The notes beneath the pieces are model-generated. The model did not search any database. It was given only the letters and a program-made list of their open reading frames with translations, and was not told the origin of the DNA. The position numbers were made by a program, and so were the translations under genes. A stretch of 59,763 bases of DNA, counting the filler, from an uncultured Methanosarcinales archaeon (GTDB lineage Archaea; Nanobdellota; Nanobdellia; Woesearchaeales; CAYSVS01): NCBI GenBank assembly GCA_964589485.1. It is 3 parts of 3 records of this genome, joined end to end, with 100 filler letters (N's around TTAATTAATTAA, not from the genome) between each part and the next. Parts side by side here need not be neighbours in the genome. Positions count along the whole stretch, not along the records: positions 30,887 to 55,237 come from CAZPRK010000016.1; 2 more parts are not named here. One strand, written 5' to 3'. Below are positions 40,424-51,025 of this stretch, piece by piece; the first letter of the stretch is position 1, and each line of letters starts with the position of its first letter.

Positions 40424-43400
40424 TTATTCAACATTATCAACCACTTCCATATATTCTTTTAATTCCTTTGGCCATTTTTTATCTAATTTCAATTCTTTGA
40501 AAAATTTTAAAAATTTCTTAGTAAAACCTACCCTATGCCCTTCTACTAACTTTTCCAAGTCATAAAAAACATCTTTATCTAATTCTAATTTTTTATATAC
40601 TTCATAAACTTGATCTCTTAATAATTTTACTGTAACTTCTTTTTCTTGCACATACTTATCTTCAACTTCCCAAACTTTTTCATAATCTATTACATCATAA
40701 GCTTTTTTAAGAATAAATTTAACTAAATCTTTACTCCAAAACCGTTTAATTAAATGTTCATATTTTTTAATGGTTTCAGCTACTTCTTTTTCCATAGCTT
40801 TTTTCCCTTTAATTACTCTTAACAAGTCAAGTTTTACATTAATTGGAACGTTTTTATCTCCATCTACCTCCCTAACCATTCTTAATTTAGTTTCATCTAA
40901 ATCTTGAATTCCTTCTAACTCCATATCATATATACTTACCATATCTTCAGTTTCAGGCTTAGGCAAATTAAATTCCATTATTTCTCCTTTTTTACCTTTT
41001 TCCAATGCAATTTTTGCCATTACAACACTATGCATTCTTTTTAAAAATTCAAATTTATCTTCAATTTTCATTACATCAGTATAACTATCAACTATAAGTT
41101 TAAATGCAAAAGGACTTGGTACATTTGTTGTTATTTCTACTAATTCAATTTCTTTATTCTCTACTTTTTCTAAAACTAATTTACTATTTTCAATGTCCAT
41201 CAAATCTTCTAACGTTTCTCTTCTAGCTTCTTTTAATATACTAAAATTATTATCAATTCTTTTTAATGCGCTCATTAATAACATTGAACTCATTTGAGCC
41301 CTTCCTACTGACTTTTTTCTACCCATATAATTCCTTAAAATCATTAATGATCTCTGTGCACAATGCCTAAACCTTCTATTCAGAATTTCACTTTTTTCTA
41401 TTGCATTATTCATAATATCATACAAATCAGTTATCATTAAAAATTCTTTTTTTGCATTAATTTTTTTATCACTTGCAATATAAAAACCATTATCATTTAT
41501 ACCAATTTCAACATTTATACGTTGAGTTTTAGCAACAGCATATGCAACAGCTCTAGAAATACAATCATTAACTCTTCTTCCAAACATTGTTTGAAAAATA
41601 ACATAAAACCTATTATTATCTGAATAATTCTCAATTACAATTTTTTTATCTGAAGCAATATGTTTCAAGTAATCATATTGTTCTCTGAAATAATTATATA
41701 TGGCATTTGCAGCTTTCTTTTCAACATACAAAAATTTATCAATAAAACTAATACATTCTTTCTTTGTTTTTTTATTTTTAAATTTATCTTCAATTAAATA
41801 TCTAAACCTTCCAATTGAACTTGCTAAATCAAAACTTAATGGAAGCATTTCACTTATCCAATGCGGAACAGTTGGAGGCCTACCAACACTTACAGTAACT
41901 TGAGCAGTCATTCCTCTGGAAAATTTAAAAATATAAGTATTACCTCCTAATACAAAAACATCTCCCGGCCGTAACCTTTCGACAAAACCTTCATCTACTA
42001 CACCAATAATTTGATCTTTTATCTTTACTTTTACTCCTGTTTGATCCGGAATAGTTCCAATGTTAGTCATGTAAATAACTCTAGTCATTCTTCCTCTTCT
42101 ACTTACTAGTCCAGATTCTCTGTCATAAAATATTTTTGCATAAACATGTCTTGCTTCTAATGAAGAAAACTCTCCAGCTAAATATTCAATTATTTTAACA
42201 AATTCAATATAATCTAATTTATTATAACAATAAGATTGTTTAATAAATTCATATAAATCTTTAATATCCATATTTTCGCTAAGAACAATTCCTAAAACTT
42301 GTTGAGATAAAACATCTAAACATAAAGTAGGAATGTGTAATTTATCAATCTTTTTTTCAACTGCATTCTTTAATAAACATGCACATTCAACTAAATCATC
42401 TCTATCTAAAACTATAATTCTTCCTTTTGTAGTTGAATGTAATTGATGTCCCGATCTACCAACTCTTTGTAAACATCTTGCTACACTCTTAGGACTTCCT
42501 AACAATAAAACTAAATCTATGTAACCAATGTCTATCCCTAACTCTAAACTTGTAGAACATACAACTGTTTTTAGCTTTCCATTTTTAAGGTTATTTTCAG
42601 TTTCTGTTCTATGTTCTTTACTTAATGACCCATGATGGGCTGCAATATTTAAATTATTATAATGTCTTGGAAATTTATGTTTCAAGTTATCTACAACTCT
42701 TTCAGTTGCTGCCCTTGTGTTAGTAAAAATTAATGTAGTTTTATGTTTTTGAATTAAATTATCAATCATTTTATACATTTTATAATGCATAACTTCATGA
42801 GAAGTATTTATTAGATCTTCAACCGGGCTTAAAACTTTTAAATCTAAAGCTTTAATAAATTGAACATCTACAATTTTACATTTTCTAAGCTTATCTTTTT
42901 TATAACCAACTAAAAATTTTGCAATTTCATCTAAAGGTGCAACAGTTGCACTTAACCCAATCCTTGTTAAATGATTACTCAGCCTATCTAATCTTTCTAA
43001 ACTTAAACTTAAATGTACTCCTCTTTTACTATCAGCTAATGCATGAATTTCATCTACAATACACCAATCTATTCCTTTAAAATGATCAACAAATTTAACT
43101 GAAGTTAACATTATTCCTATACTTTCAGGAGTTGTTATCAATATATGAGGTGGGTTTTTTAACATATCTGCTTTTTCTTTTTGAGTTGTATCTCCAGTTC
43201 TTACTCCAACTCTAATTCCTAATTCTCTTCCAATCATTTCTTCTATTTCTTTTAATGGTTCTAACAAATTTACTTTAATATCATTATTTAATGCTTTTAA
43301 TGGGCTAACATAAACACAATAAATTTTATTCTCAAGAATTCCTTTTTCTGCAGAATCTATTAATTCATTTAGAATTGATAAAAAACCAGTTAAAGTTTTA

Positions 43401-43576
43401 GTTGCTCCAGTTGGCGCACTAACTAAAATATTTTCTCGTTTATGAATCTCCATAACACCATATAACTGTGGCAATGAAAATTCTTTAAACCTCTTAAAAA
43501 ACCACTTTTTCAAAATAGGATGAAGTATTTTATTTATTTGTTCTTTAGTATTAGGCTTTTCCTTATAAATAATCAT
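40424..43576 (-). CDS. lhr: Lhr-family SF2 helicase with C-terminal extension
   Basis: APTGATKT, DEIH, GLSAT, HHGSLS, TSLELGIDIG and QRVGRSGH motifs. Confidence 0.95.
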   Translation of the reverse strand: MIIYKEKPNTKEQINKILHPILKKWFFKRFKEFSLPQLYGVMEIHKRENILVSAPTGATKTLTGFLSILNELIDSAEKGILENKIYCVYVSPLKALNNDIKVNLLEPLKEIEEMIGRELGIRVGVRTGDTTQKEKADMLKNPPHILITTPESIGIMLTSVKFVDHFKGIDWCIVDEIHALADSKRGVHLSLSLERLDRLSNHLTRIGLSATVAPLDEIAKFLVGYKKDKLRKCKIVDVQFIKALDLKVLSPVEDLINTSHEVMHYKMYKMIDNLIQKHKTTLIFTNTRAATERVVDNLKHKFPRHYNNLNIAAHHGSLSKEHRTETENNLKNGKLKTVVCSTSLELGIDIGYIDLVLLLGSPKSVARCLQRVGRSGHQLHSTTKGRIIVLDRDDLVECACLLKNAVEKKIDKLHIPTLCLDVLSQQVLGIVLSENMDIKDLYEFIKQSYCYNKLDYIEFVKIIEYLAGEFSSLEARHVYAKIFYDRESGLVSRRGRMTRVIYMTNIGTIPDQTGVKVKIKDQIIGVVDEGFVERLRPGDVFVLGGNTYIFKFSRGMTAQVTVSVGRPPTVPHWISEMLPLSFDLASSIGRFRYLIEDKFKNKKTKKECISFIDKFLYVEKKAANAIYNYFREQYDYLKHIASDKKIVIENYSDNNRFYVIFQTMFGRRVNDCISRAVAYAVAKTQRINVEIGINDNGFYIASDKKINAKKEFLMITDLYDIMNNAIEKSEILNRRFRHCAQRSLMILRNYMGRKKSVGRAQMSSMLLMSALKRIDNNFSILKEARRETLEDLMDIENSKLVLEKVENKEIELVEITTNVPSPFAFKLIVDSYTDVMKIEDKFEFLKRMHSVVMAKIALEKGKKGEIMEFNLPKPETEDMVSIYDMELEGIQDLDETKLRMVREVDGDKNVPINVKLDLLRVIKGKKAMEKEVAETIKKYEHLIKRFWSKDLVKFILKKAYDVIDYEKVWEVEDKYVQEKEVTVKLLRDQVYEVYKKLELDKDVFYDLEKLVEGHRVGFTKKFLKFFKELKLDKKWPKELKEYMEVVDNVE

Positions 43577-43595
43577 AGAATAACTTGCTTATTAT

Positions 43596-44234
43596 TTATT
43601 TATAAAGATTTTGCACTAATTGTCTTAATTCTAATTGATTTTTAATAGGAAAATATCCATTAAATAATGGTCTTATTAATAATGTTAATAGCTTATAACC
43701 ATCTCCAGTTAATTCACAATTTATATTTCTTTCATTTTTTTTCCTATCAACATACCCTAATTCTTCTAGTTTTTTTAAAGGTTTGAAATCATCACCAATT
43801 AAGCCTAGCTTATTTTTTAAATTAAATTGAGTATCTGGGTTTTCTAAAAGTCTAATTATTTCAGCTCTATGATATGGTCCATGTTCCTTTCCTTTCATTG
43901 TTCCAAGGAAAGATAAATTAATATCATAATACTTTGCAGACTCAAGAACAAAATATATTCCATTTACAATTCGGTCATAATTTTTTCCTTTTACAAAACC
44001 TAAAGATGATTTCCCATTGAATAACTTTCCTTCAATAGTTTTTAACTCAATAGCTCCTTCTAATTTATTTTTTGTTCTAATACCTCTTAATACATTTTCA
44101 ACAATTTTATCTTCTAAAGGCACTTCTTTAGTTAATTCCCAAGTACTTTTAGGATCATCACCTAAATAAGAAAATACTAATGCTTTATCTGGATTAGATA
44201 ACGCTAAGATTGCTTTATACACTATTGGGTCCAT
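43596..44234 (-). CDS. Hypothetical protein with winged-helix-like segments
   Basis: C-terminal LKKLEELGYV...ELTGDG wHTH wing. Confidence 0.55.
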   Translation of the reverse strand: MDPIVYKAILALSNPDKALVFSYLGDDPKSTWELTKEVPLEDKIVENVLRGIRTKNKLEGAIELKTIEGKLFNGKSSLGFVKGKNYDRIVNGIYFVLESAKYYDINLSFLGTMKGKEHGPYHRAEIIRLLENPDTQFNLKNKLGLIGDDFKPLKKLEELGYVDRKKNERNINCELTGDGYKLLTLLIRPLFNGYFPIKNQLELRQLVQNLYK

Positions 44235-44337
44235 TGTATTTTCAGCAATAGAATAAATATAAATGTGACTGATTGAATACAAAGTTTATAATACATTATT
44301 AGTAATAAATTTAAACCTGAAGCAATTTCCCAATACT

Positions 44338-44991
44338 ATGAATAACTACGAACTATTAGATAAATTTTATGATTTATACTGGAAATATAATACTGAAGAA
44401 AAAACTGATGAAAATCTAAATAAACTAAAACAAATATCAAAAGAAATTCCAGAATTAAAAAATTGGCCAGAAGATAAAGAAACATTTTGGAATGTAGAAA
44501 GTCATTTTTGGGAATTAAGATTTAAAAAAGGTGAAAGAAATTTTATCAAAAAAACTATTCATGAACAGATTTCAGATAAACATATAGATATTGCATCTGG
44601 GTCATTGCCAATTAACCATAAATGCGTTTGTATTGATATTTCTCAAAATATGTTAAATAATATTAAAACAGATCAACAAAAAGTTAAAGTAAACTTAGAA
44701 GAACCACTTCCATTCAAGGATAATGAGTTTACATCTGCAACTTGTATTTTTATTCTAAATTACATTCAAAATTTAGATCAATTATTACAAGAAATATATA
44801 GAATTTTGGAAGATAATGGGAAATTAATCATTGTACAATCAAACAAACCTTTATCATCATTCTATAAAACAATGGAAAAAAACAATCAAGATATAATTTT
44901 AGAAAGTTTAGAAAAAAATAATTTTTATACAACAATTGAAAACCATGAATTTAATGGAAAAGAAATTTTAATAATAATAGCAAAAATTTAA
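44338..44991 (+). CDS. Class I SAM-dependent methyltransferase
   Basis: IDIASG, IDIS..ML, LPFKDNEF and EIYRILEDNG motifs. Confidence 0.78.
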   Translation: MNNYELLDKFYDLYWKYNTEEKTDENLNKLKQISKEIPELKNWPEDKETFWNVESHFWELRFKKGERNFIKKTIHEQISDKHIDIASGSLPINHKCVCIDISQNMLNNIKTDQQKVKVNLEEPLPFKDNEFTSATCIFILNYIQNLDQLLQEIYRILEDNGKLIIVQSNKPLSSFYKTMEKNNQDIILESLEKNNFYTTIENHEFNGKEILIIIAKI

Positions 44992-45326
44992 TCTCCTTTA
45001 TATTCAACATATAAAGTTCTGTTTTCAAATAATCTAACACAAGTCATATTTTTAACATATGGTTTTAATTCCTTCCAGATCCATACGGCAATATTTTCCA
45101 ATGTAGGTTGTTTCATATAATCATTCAAAAAAGAATTATCTAATTGAGCAACAATAGTCTTTTCAACAGTATTAGTCAAAGTTCTAGTATCAATAATCAT
45201 ACCAATATCATTAACTTTAGATTCAACCTCAACCATAAGTTTATAAAAATGTTCATGTAAAGGTTGACCTTCTGCATCTTTTAATTTATGTTTTGCTTTA
45301 AAAAAAAAACTTTTGGATAGTAACAT
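44988..45326 (-). CDS. queD: QueD/PTPS-like T-fold protein (divergent)
   Basis: FKAKH, LHEH, GMIID, LDNSFLND and PTLENIA motifs. Confidence 0.75.
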   Translation of the reverse strand: MLLSKSFFFKAKHKLKDAEGQPLHEHFYKLMVEVESKVNDIGMIIDTRTLTNTVEKTIVAQLDNSFLNDYMKQPTLENIAVWIWKELKPYVKNMTCVRLFENRTLYVEYKGD

Positions 45327-45400
45327 TATAACACCTCAATAAAGATAATTTACAATTAATTTATAATGATTATTATAATAGAAAGAATATATTAAAAAAC

Positions 45401-45709
45401 TTATTCTAGAGTCTTTTTTAACTCTCCTGAATCATACATTTCAATAATAATATCACATCCACCAACTAACTTCCCTTCGACATATAATTGAGGTAAAGTT
45501 GGCCAATTTCCAAATTCTTTAACTCCTTCTCTAACGTCTTCATCTTGCAAAACATTAAATGATTTAAATTCAACATCTAATGAATTTAAAATTTCAATAA
45601 CTTTAGCTGAAAAACCACATTCAGGAAAATCAGGACTTCCTTTCATAAAAAGAAAAACTTTACTACTATCAACTAAATCTTGAATTTTTTGTCTTAAGTT
45701 TTCATCCAT
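45401..45709 (-). CDS. grxD: Monothiol glutaredoxin (Grx4 family)
   Basis: LFMKG, CGFS, WPTLPQLY and GGCD motifs. Confidence 0.95.
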   Translation of the reverse strand: MDENLRQKIQDLVDSSKVFLFMKGSPDFPECGFSAKVIEILNSLDVEFKSFNVLQDEDVREGVKEFGNWPTLPQLYVEGKLVGGCDIIIEMYDSGELKKTLE

Positions 45710-45710
45710 T

Positions 45711-45953
45711 TCATTTCACCGTAATTCTTAATGCATGTACCGTAGTTTTAAGCTCTTCTTCTAAAGCTTTGTAAATCAATTGATGTTGTTCAACTCTTGA
45801 TTTATCATCAAAATCAGAAGATTTAATCAATACATGTAAATGCGCATTTGTTTGACCATGACCTTCATGATCTCTACTTTCATCCATAACTTCTACTTCA
45901 GCATCAGTAAAACTATTTTCTAATTTAGTTTTAACGTCTTCAACTAAATTCAC
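45711..45953 (-). CDS. bolA: BolA family protein
   Basis: DES..HEGH, SRVEQHQLIY and VHAL motifs. Confidence 0.92.
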   Translation of the reverse strand: MNLVEDVKTKLENSFTDAEVEVMDESRDHEGHGQTNAHLHVLIKSSDFDDKSRVEQHQLIYKALEEELKTTVHALRITVK

Positions 45954-46699
45954 ACAACCACCAATTTTTCCATAGAAATTACATCTTCAACTAACTTACC
46001 ATAATCTTGTGCTCCATAGCTAGACTTAGCATAACTAAAAATTGATTTTCCTTTCATTGGTGCTTCTTTTAACTTTGAATTATTCCTAATAGGATAAGAA
46101 GTTAATTCAGGGTATTCATTCTGAATTGTTGCCAAAATATTTTTACAAATATTACTTCTTTTATCATACAAAGTTGGAACAATTTTTGAAATTTTAATAT
46201 CATGTTCATAATTATCCCTTAAATCTTCAATAAAGTTAGTCATTTTTCTTAATGCATCTAAACCCAAATAATCTGTTGATACAGGTATTATTGCTTCTTT
46301 ACAGAAAACTAAAACATTTTGGCTCAACATCCCTATTGATGGTGGACAATCTATTATTAAAAAATCATATCCAGTAATTTTAGATAACATATTTTTTAAC
46401 TGCATCTTACCTTCATCTGCAAGATAATATTCTGCTTTTAACAAAGTATCTTTAGATGTAATTATATCTAAATTTTTAGCAATATTAACAATACATTGTT
46501 GGATTTCAATCTTTCCAGTCATTGCATCAAAAACATCATATTCTGCATTTACTCTCAAAGAACTATCCACATTTCCTTGTGGGTCAAGGTCAATTAATAA
46601 TACTTTCTTATCATTTCTTGATAAGCCTGCTGCTAAATTTACAGCCGTGGTTGTTTTGGCAACTCCACCTTTTTGATTAATTATAGCAATTGTTCTCAT
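45950..46699 (-). CDS. parA: ParA/Soj family ATPase
   Basis: NQKGGVAKTTT, DLDPQGN and IDCPP motifs. Confidence 0.92.
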   Translation of the reverse strand: MRTIAIINQKGGVAKTTTAVNLAAGLSRNDKKVLLIDLDPQGNVDSSLRVNAEYDVFDAMTGKIEIQQCIVNIAKNLDIITSKDTLLKAEYYLADEGKMQLKNMLSKITGYDFLIIDCPPSIGMLSQNVLVFCKEAIIPVSTDYLGLDALRKMTNFIEDLRDNYEHDIKISKIVPTLYDKRSNICKNILATIQNEYPELTSYPIRNNSKLKEAPMKGKSIFSYAKSSYGAQDYGKLVEDVISMEKLVVV

Positions 46700-46786
46700 T
46701 AAACATCAACTCCTTTTCATTGCAGGATTACATAACTGTTTTATAAAGTTTGTTGTTTTGTCCATGTAATTAAGAAAAAACTACAA

Positions 46787-47632
46787 TTAAACATCATAAA
46801 AATCTAAAAGTTGTTCATGTCTATCTTTTACTCCAAGAACACAAATATCATACTGCCCTAATTCATGATCTTTAACACTTAAATCTTTAATTTTTTTTGT
46901 TAACCTACCATCCGAATATAGCCCAATATTACCATTTTCTAACTTAACAAAGCCAAGTAATGGTTGATTTTCATCAGCTACTAAAACAGGTATATTATCT
47001 TTTAAATACTTGATAGGAAAATGTCGTAATGGTTTTAATCTACCTAAAATATAATCTCTATTTATTAAAAAATTATCATAAGCATCACCATCATGGTGCG
47101 TCAATCTTAAATTATCATCTTCAATATCATTAACTAACCCTATATAAGTAGTTGATTCATTTTTATCAAATAAAACAACATCCCCTTTATTTATTTCAGA
47201 ATTACCATCATAAAGTGTTCTGAATTTTGCCCTGAAAGTTATTCTACATGGTTCATCGAAAAATAATGCACTTACAGAAAACATTAAACAATCAAGAAAA
47301 TTATCAAACATTGCTTCTAAATTAGGTTTAAATAACTCACCTAAATATAAATAGTTCAAAGGTAGGCCAATTGCTATTTGAAGTCTATCTAGCATTTCAA
47401 TTTTAAAAGGAGGCTGGTCAATAAGTTTAATAAGCCTAACACCATGTGGAGCATCACTTGCATACATTATCAAATTACTAATATCTAATTCAAATGTAAC
47501 TTTATTTCGATCAATAGATAAAGTATTTTCTAAATGTTCAATTTCAGCACTAAGCACTCTACCCAAAGTTCCTAGTTCGATTAATCCTTTATCTTGCTCT
47601 TCCAAAGCTTTTAACTCTTCATCTAAAGACAT
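46787..47632 (-). CDS. Hypothetical protein
   Basis: 281-aa ORF. Confidence 0.65.
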   Translation of the reverse strand: MSLDEELKALEEQDKGLIELGTLGRVLSAEIEHLENTLSIDRNKVTFELDISNLIMYASDAPHGVRLIKLIDQPPFKIEMLDRLQIAIGLPLNYLYLGELFKPNLEAMFDNFLDCLMFSVSALFFDEPCRITFRAKFRTLYDGNSEINKGDVVLFDKNESTTYIGLVNDIEDDNLRLTHHDGDAYDNFLINRDYILGRLKPLRHFPIKYLKDNIPVLVADENQPLLGFVKLENGNIGLYSDGRLTKKIKDLSVKDHELGQYDICVLGVKDRHEQLLDFYDV

Positions 47633-47708
47633 AATAAGCTCTTAAACAATTAAAACTTATAAAATTAACATAAAAAGATTTAAAAAGCTAAACATATTCA
47701 ATAACTAA

Positions 47709-49139
47709 ATGGCTGAAGGAATCACAGTAAAAAAAGAAGATGACATGTCTGAATGGTATAGTCAAGTTGTTCTAAAATCAGATTTAGCCGATCATGCTCC
47801 AGTAAAAGGTTGTTACATAATTAAACCTAGAGGATTTTTCATCTGGGAAAAAGTCCAAGAATATTTCAATCAAAGACTAAAAATTCATGGAGTAAAAAAT
47901 GCATACTTTCCATTATTTATACCTGAAGATTTTTTTCACAAAGAAGCAAAACATGCAAAAGGTTTTTCTCCTGAAGTTGCTTGGATTGACAGTAAATTAA
48001 CAGGTAAAGAAAATAGACTTGCAATTAGACCTACATCAGAAACAATAATGTATGATAGTTATAGTAAATGGATTCGAAGTTATAAAGACCTTCCATTAAA
48101 AATAAATCAATGGGCAAATGTTGTAAGGTGGGAAACTGAAGCAACTAAATTATTCTTAAGATCAAGAGAATTTCTTTGGCAAGAAGGTCATAATGCTTAC
48201 GAAACAGAAAAAGAATGCGATAAAGATACATATAATTATATTGAAGAATATCGAAAATTAAGTGAAGAATTATTGGCAATGCCAGTTTTAATTGGAAAAA
48301 AAACCAAAAATGAAACTTTTGCAGGAGCTGAATTTACATTAACTATAGAATCTTTTATGCCAGATGGAAAGGCATTACAATGCGGAACTTCACACATGCT
48401 AGGACAAGGATTTGCAAAAAGTTTTAACATTGAATTTTTAGGAAGAAATGAAAAAAAAGAAAATCCTTGGCAAAATTCATGGGGGTTTTCAACTAGATTA
48501 ATAGGAGGAATAGTAATGCTTCATAGCGATGATAAAGGATTAATACTCCCTCCAAAAGTAGCTGAAAATAAATTAGCAATAATCCCAATAATATTCGAAA
48601 AAACTAAAAAAGAAGTAATTAAGAAATGTAAAGAATTAGAAAAGTCGCTTAAACAATTTTCACCAATATTAGATATTAGAGAAGAATATTCTCCAGGTTG
48701 GAAATATAATGAATATGAATTACAAGGAATTCCTTTAAGACTTGAATTAGGACCAAGAGATTTAGAAAAAGGTCATGTTGTCGTAGTTAGAAGAGATACA
48801 GGTAAAAAAGAATTTATTAAATTTGACAAACTAAAATTAAAAATAGAATCACTTCTAGATGAAATTCAAGATAATTTATTTCAAACAGCAAAACAAAATC
48901 TAGAACAAAGTATAGTTAATACAAAATCATTATCTGACATGATTAAACAAATTAAAAATAAAAAAATGGTAAAAGCTCATTTTTGTAATGAAATTAAATG
49001 CGAAACATCTTTAAAAACCAAAACTGAAGGTATTACTCCTAGATTAATATCTCTAGAAGAAGATGTTAAAGAAAATTCAAAATGTATAATATGTCAAAAA
49101 AAAGCAAATGTTATTGTATACTTTTCTAGAAGCTACTGA
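47709..49139 (+). CDS. proS: Proline--tRNA ligase (archaeal/eukaryal type)
   Basis: IRPTSET, FLRSREFLWQEGH, QCGTSH, SWGFSTR and C-terminal RSY. Confidence 0.97.
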   Translation: MAEGITVKKEDDMSEWYSQVVLKSDLADHAPVKGCYIIKPRGFFIWEKVQEYFNQRLKIHGVKNAYFPLFIPEDFFHKEAKHAKGFSPEVAWIDSKLTGKENRLAIRPTSETIMYDSYSKWIRSYKDLPLKINQWANVVRWETEATKLFLRSREFLWQEGHNAYETEKECDKDTYNYIEEYRKLSEELLAMPVLIGKKTKNETFAGAEFTLTIESFMPDGKALQCGTSHMLGQGFAKSFNIEFLGRNEKKENPWQNSWGFSTRLIGGIVMLHSDDKGLILPPKVAENKLAIIPIIFEKTKKEVIKKCKELEKSLKQFSPILDIREEYSPGWKYNEYELQGIPLRLELGPRDLEKGHVVVVRRDTGKKEFIKFDKLKLKIESLLDEIQDNLFQTAKQNLEQSIVNTKSLSDMIKQIKNKKMVKAHFCNEIKCETSLKTKTEGITPRLISLEEDVKENSKCIICQKKANVIVYFSRSY

Positions 49140-49181
49140 AAAACAATAATCTTTAAATAAATACTTCTTTTTTTCACTACT

Positions 49182-50189
49182 ATGAAATATATAGTAATAT
49201 TGATATTTTTATTGTTAATAAGTAATGTTATAGGTGAAAAACTAGAAATAAGTTCAGTAGAAGCTGTAGTTGACGGAGATAAAGATAAACTTTCAGGCAG
49301 TGATGTAACTGTAAAACCAGGATCAGTATTAAAATTCTCAGTATCAATTAAAAATTCTTATGCTGAAGTTAATAACATTGAAAGAATAACTGTAGACGCA
49401 ATTCTCGAAAATATATTAGAAAAAGGAACAACTGACGTTAAATTATCTGAAGAAGTAAGTAAAATAAAAAACGGAAGAGAGGAAGAAATTGAGTTTAGAT
49501 TCGAAATTCCGTTTGAAGTCGATGCTGGTGAATATAGTCTTATCATTGAAGCGGAAGGAGATGATGATAATGGAACTAATCATAAATTTTCTGAGGAATA
49601 TGGAGTTGTCGTAGAAAAAGAAGAGCATACTTTAGAATTTAGTACAACAGAATTAAACAAAAAGACAGCATGTGATGAAACAATTGAATTAGATATTGGC
49701 CTTAGGAATCTAGGACTAAGTAATGAAAATGTTGATTTAGAAATAATAAGTACTTTATTACAAATAGATGAAAAAACTAATTTTAACTTAAACAATGATC
49801 CTTATGACGCAGGAAATAAAATAAGAAAAACATTTGAATTAAAAATACCAAAAACAAAAGCTGCAGAATATCCTATTAAAATAAGAGCAAAATATAGTTC
49901 AAGAATAGAAGAAGAATCAGTTAGAATAAAAGTTAACTGCGTAGAAGAACCAAAACCAGTATTAATAAATGAAATAATTAAACCAACAATTACGAAACCA
50001 AGTACAATTAAACAACCATCTACACAAATAAAAACCTCAATAGAACCTCAAACTAAATATAACAATAGTGAAATTAAAGGAACTATAGTTTTAAACAAAT
50101 TTAACATAACGTCAATTCTACTTATAGCATTCGAAGTTTTAATCGGAATAACATTACTTCTATTAATTTTCAAAAGAATAAAAAAGTAG
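49182..50189 (+). CDS. Surface protein with Ig-like domains and C-terminal TM anchor
   Basis: Signal peptide, two beta-rich repeats (AGEYSL/AAEYPI), Pro/Thr linker and TM helix. Confidence 0.7.
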   Translation: MKYIVILIFLLLISNVIGEKLEISSVEAVVDGDKDKLSGSDVTVKPGSVLKFSVSIKNSYAEVNNIERITVDAILENILEKGTTDVKLSEEVSKIKNGREEEIEFRFEIPFEVDAGEYSLIIEAEGDDDNGTNHKFSEEYGVVVEKEEHTLEFSTTELNKKTACDETIELDIGLRNLGLSNENVDLEIISTLLQIDEKTNFNLNNDPYDAGNKIRKTFELKIPKTKAAEYPIKIRAKYSSRIEEESVRIKVNCVEEPKPVLINEIIKPTITKPSTIKQPSTQIKTSIEPQTKYNNSEIKGTIVLNKFNITSILLIAFEVLIGITLLLLIFKRIKK

Positions 50190-50263
50190 TTACTTAACAG
50201 TGCGAAAAAGGAGTTATATTTATAAGTTTATACCATCTATCATAGTTTATAGGAGGAGTAATT

Positions 50264-51025
50264 ATGATAACTCAAGAAAGTTTAATTAATGAAATTAAAG
50301 TCAATTTTGGTTTAAACATTTATGAAGTAAAAATTTGGACAGCATTATTATCTAGAGGAATTGCTGCTGCAGGTGAATTATCTGAAATAAGTAATGTTCC
50401 TAGAAGCAGAGCATACGATGTTCTTGAAAATTTAGAAAAAAAAGGTTTTATTATTATGAAAGTTGGAAGACCTATCAAATACATAGCAGTTCAACCTGAA
50501 GAAATTATTAAAAGAGTTAAAAAAAATGTTAATAATGATAAAGAATATCAAATAAAACAAATCGATAAACTTAGAGATACTGATATGTTTAACGAATTAG
50601 ATCAATTACATAAACTAGGTATAGAAAAAACAGATATTAATAGTTTGAGTGGAAGTATTTCGGGTAGAAATAATATTTACAACTTCATTAAATCTGCAAT
50701 AGACAACGCCAATAATTCTGTGATAATTGTTTCCACAAAAGAAGGATTAATCAGAAAAAGTAAAGTTTTAAGATTAAATTTAACAAAAGCAATGAAACGT
50801 GGAGTTGAACTTAAAATATTTTCTAATACAAACGACATTCCTCTTGATTTAAGAAACAATACAATTAAAAAAATTAAACATGACTCTAGAATAATAATTG
50901 TTGACAATAATCTTATGATTTATATGTTAGTTAAAGATTCAAAAAATTTAAACCCTAACTTAGATTCAGCAATTTGGATTAAATCTAAATATTTTATCAA
51001 TTCAATTGAAAAAATGTTAAAATAA
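50264..51025 (+). CDS. TrmB family transcriptional regulator
   Basis: FGLNIYE...VPRSRAYDVLENLEKKGF...RPIKY. Confidence 0.92.
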   Translation: MITQESLINEIKVNFGLNIYEVKIWTALLSRGIAAAGELSEISNVPRSRAYDVLENLEKKGFIIMKVGRPIKYIAVQPEEIIKRVKKNVNNDKEYQIKQIDKLRDTDMFNELDQLHKLGIEKTDINSLSGSISGRNNIYNFIKSAIDNANNSVIIVSTKEGLIRKSKVLRLNLTKAMKRGVELKIFSNTNDIPLDLRNNTIKKIKHDSRIIIVDNNLMIYMLVKDSKNLNPNLDSAIWIKSKYFINSIEKMLK

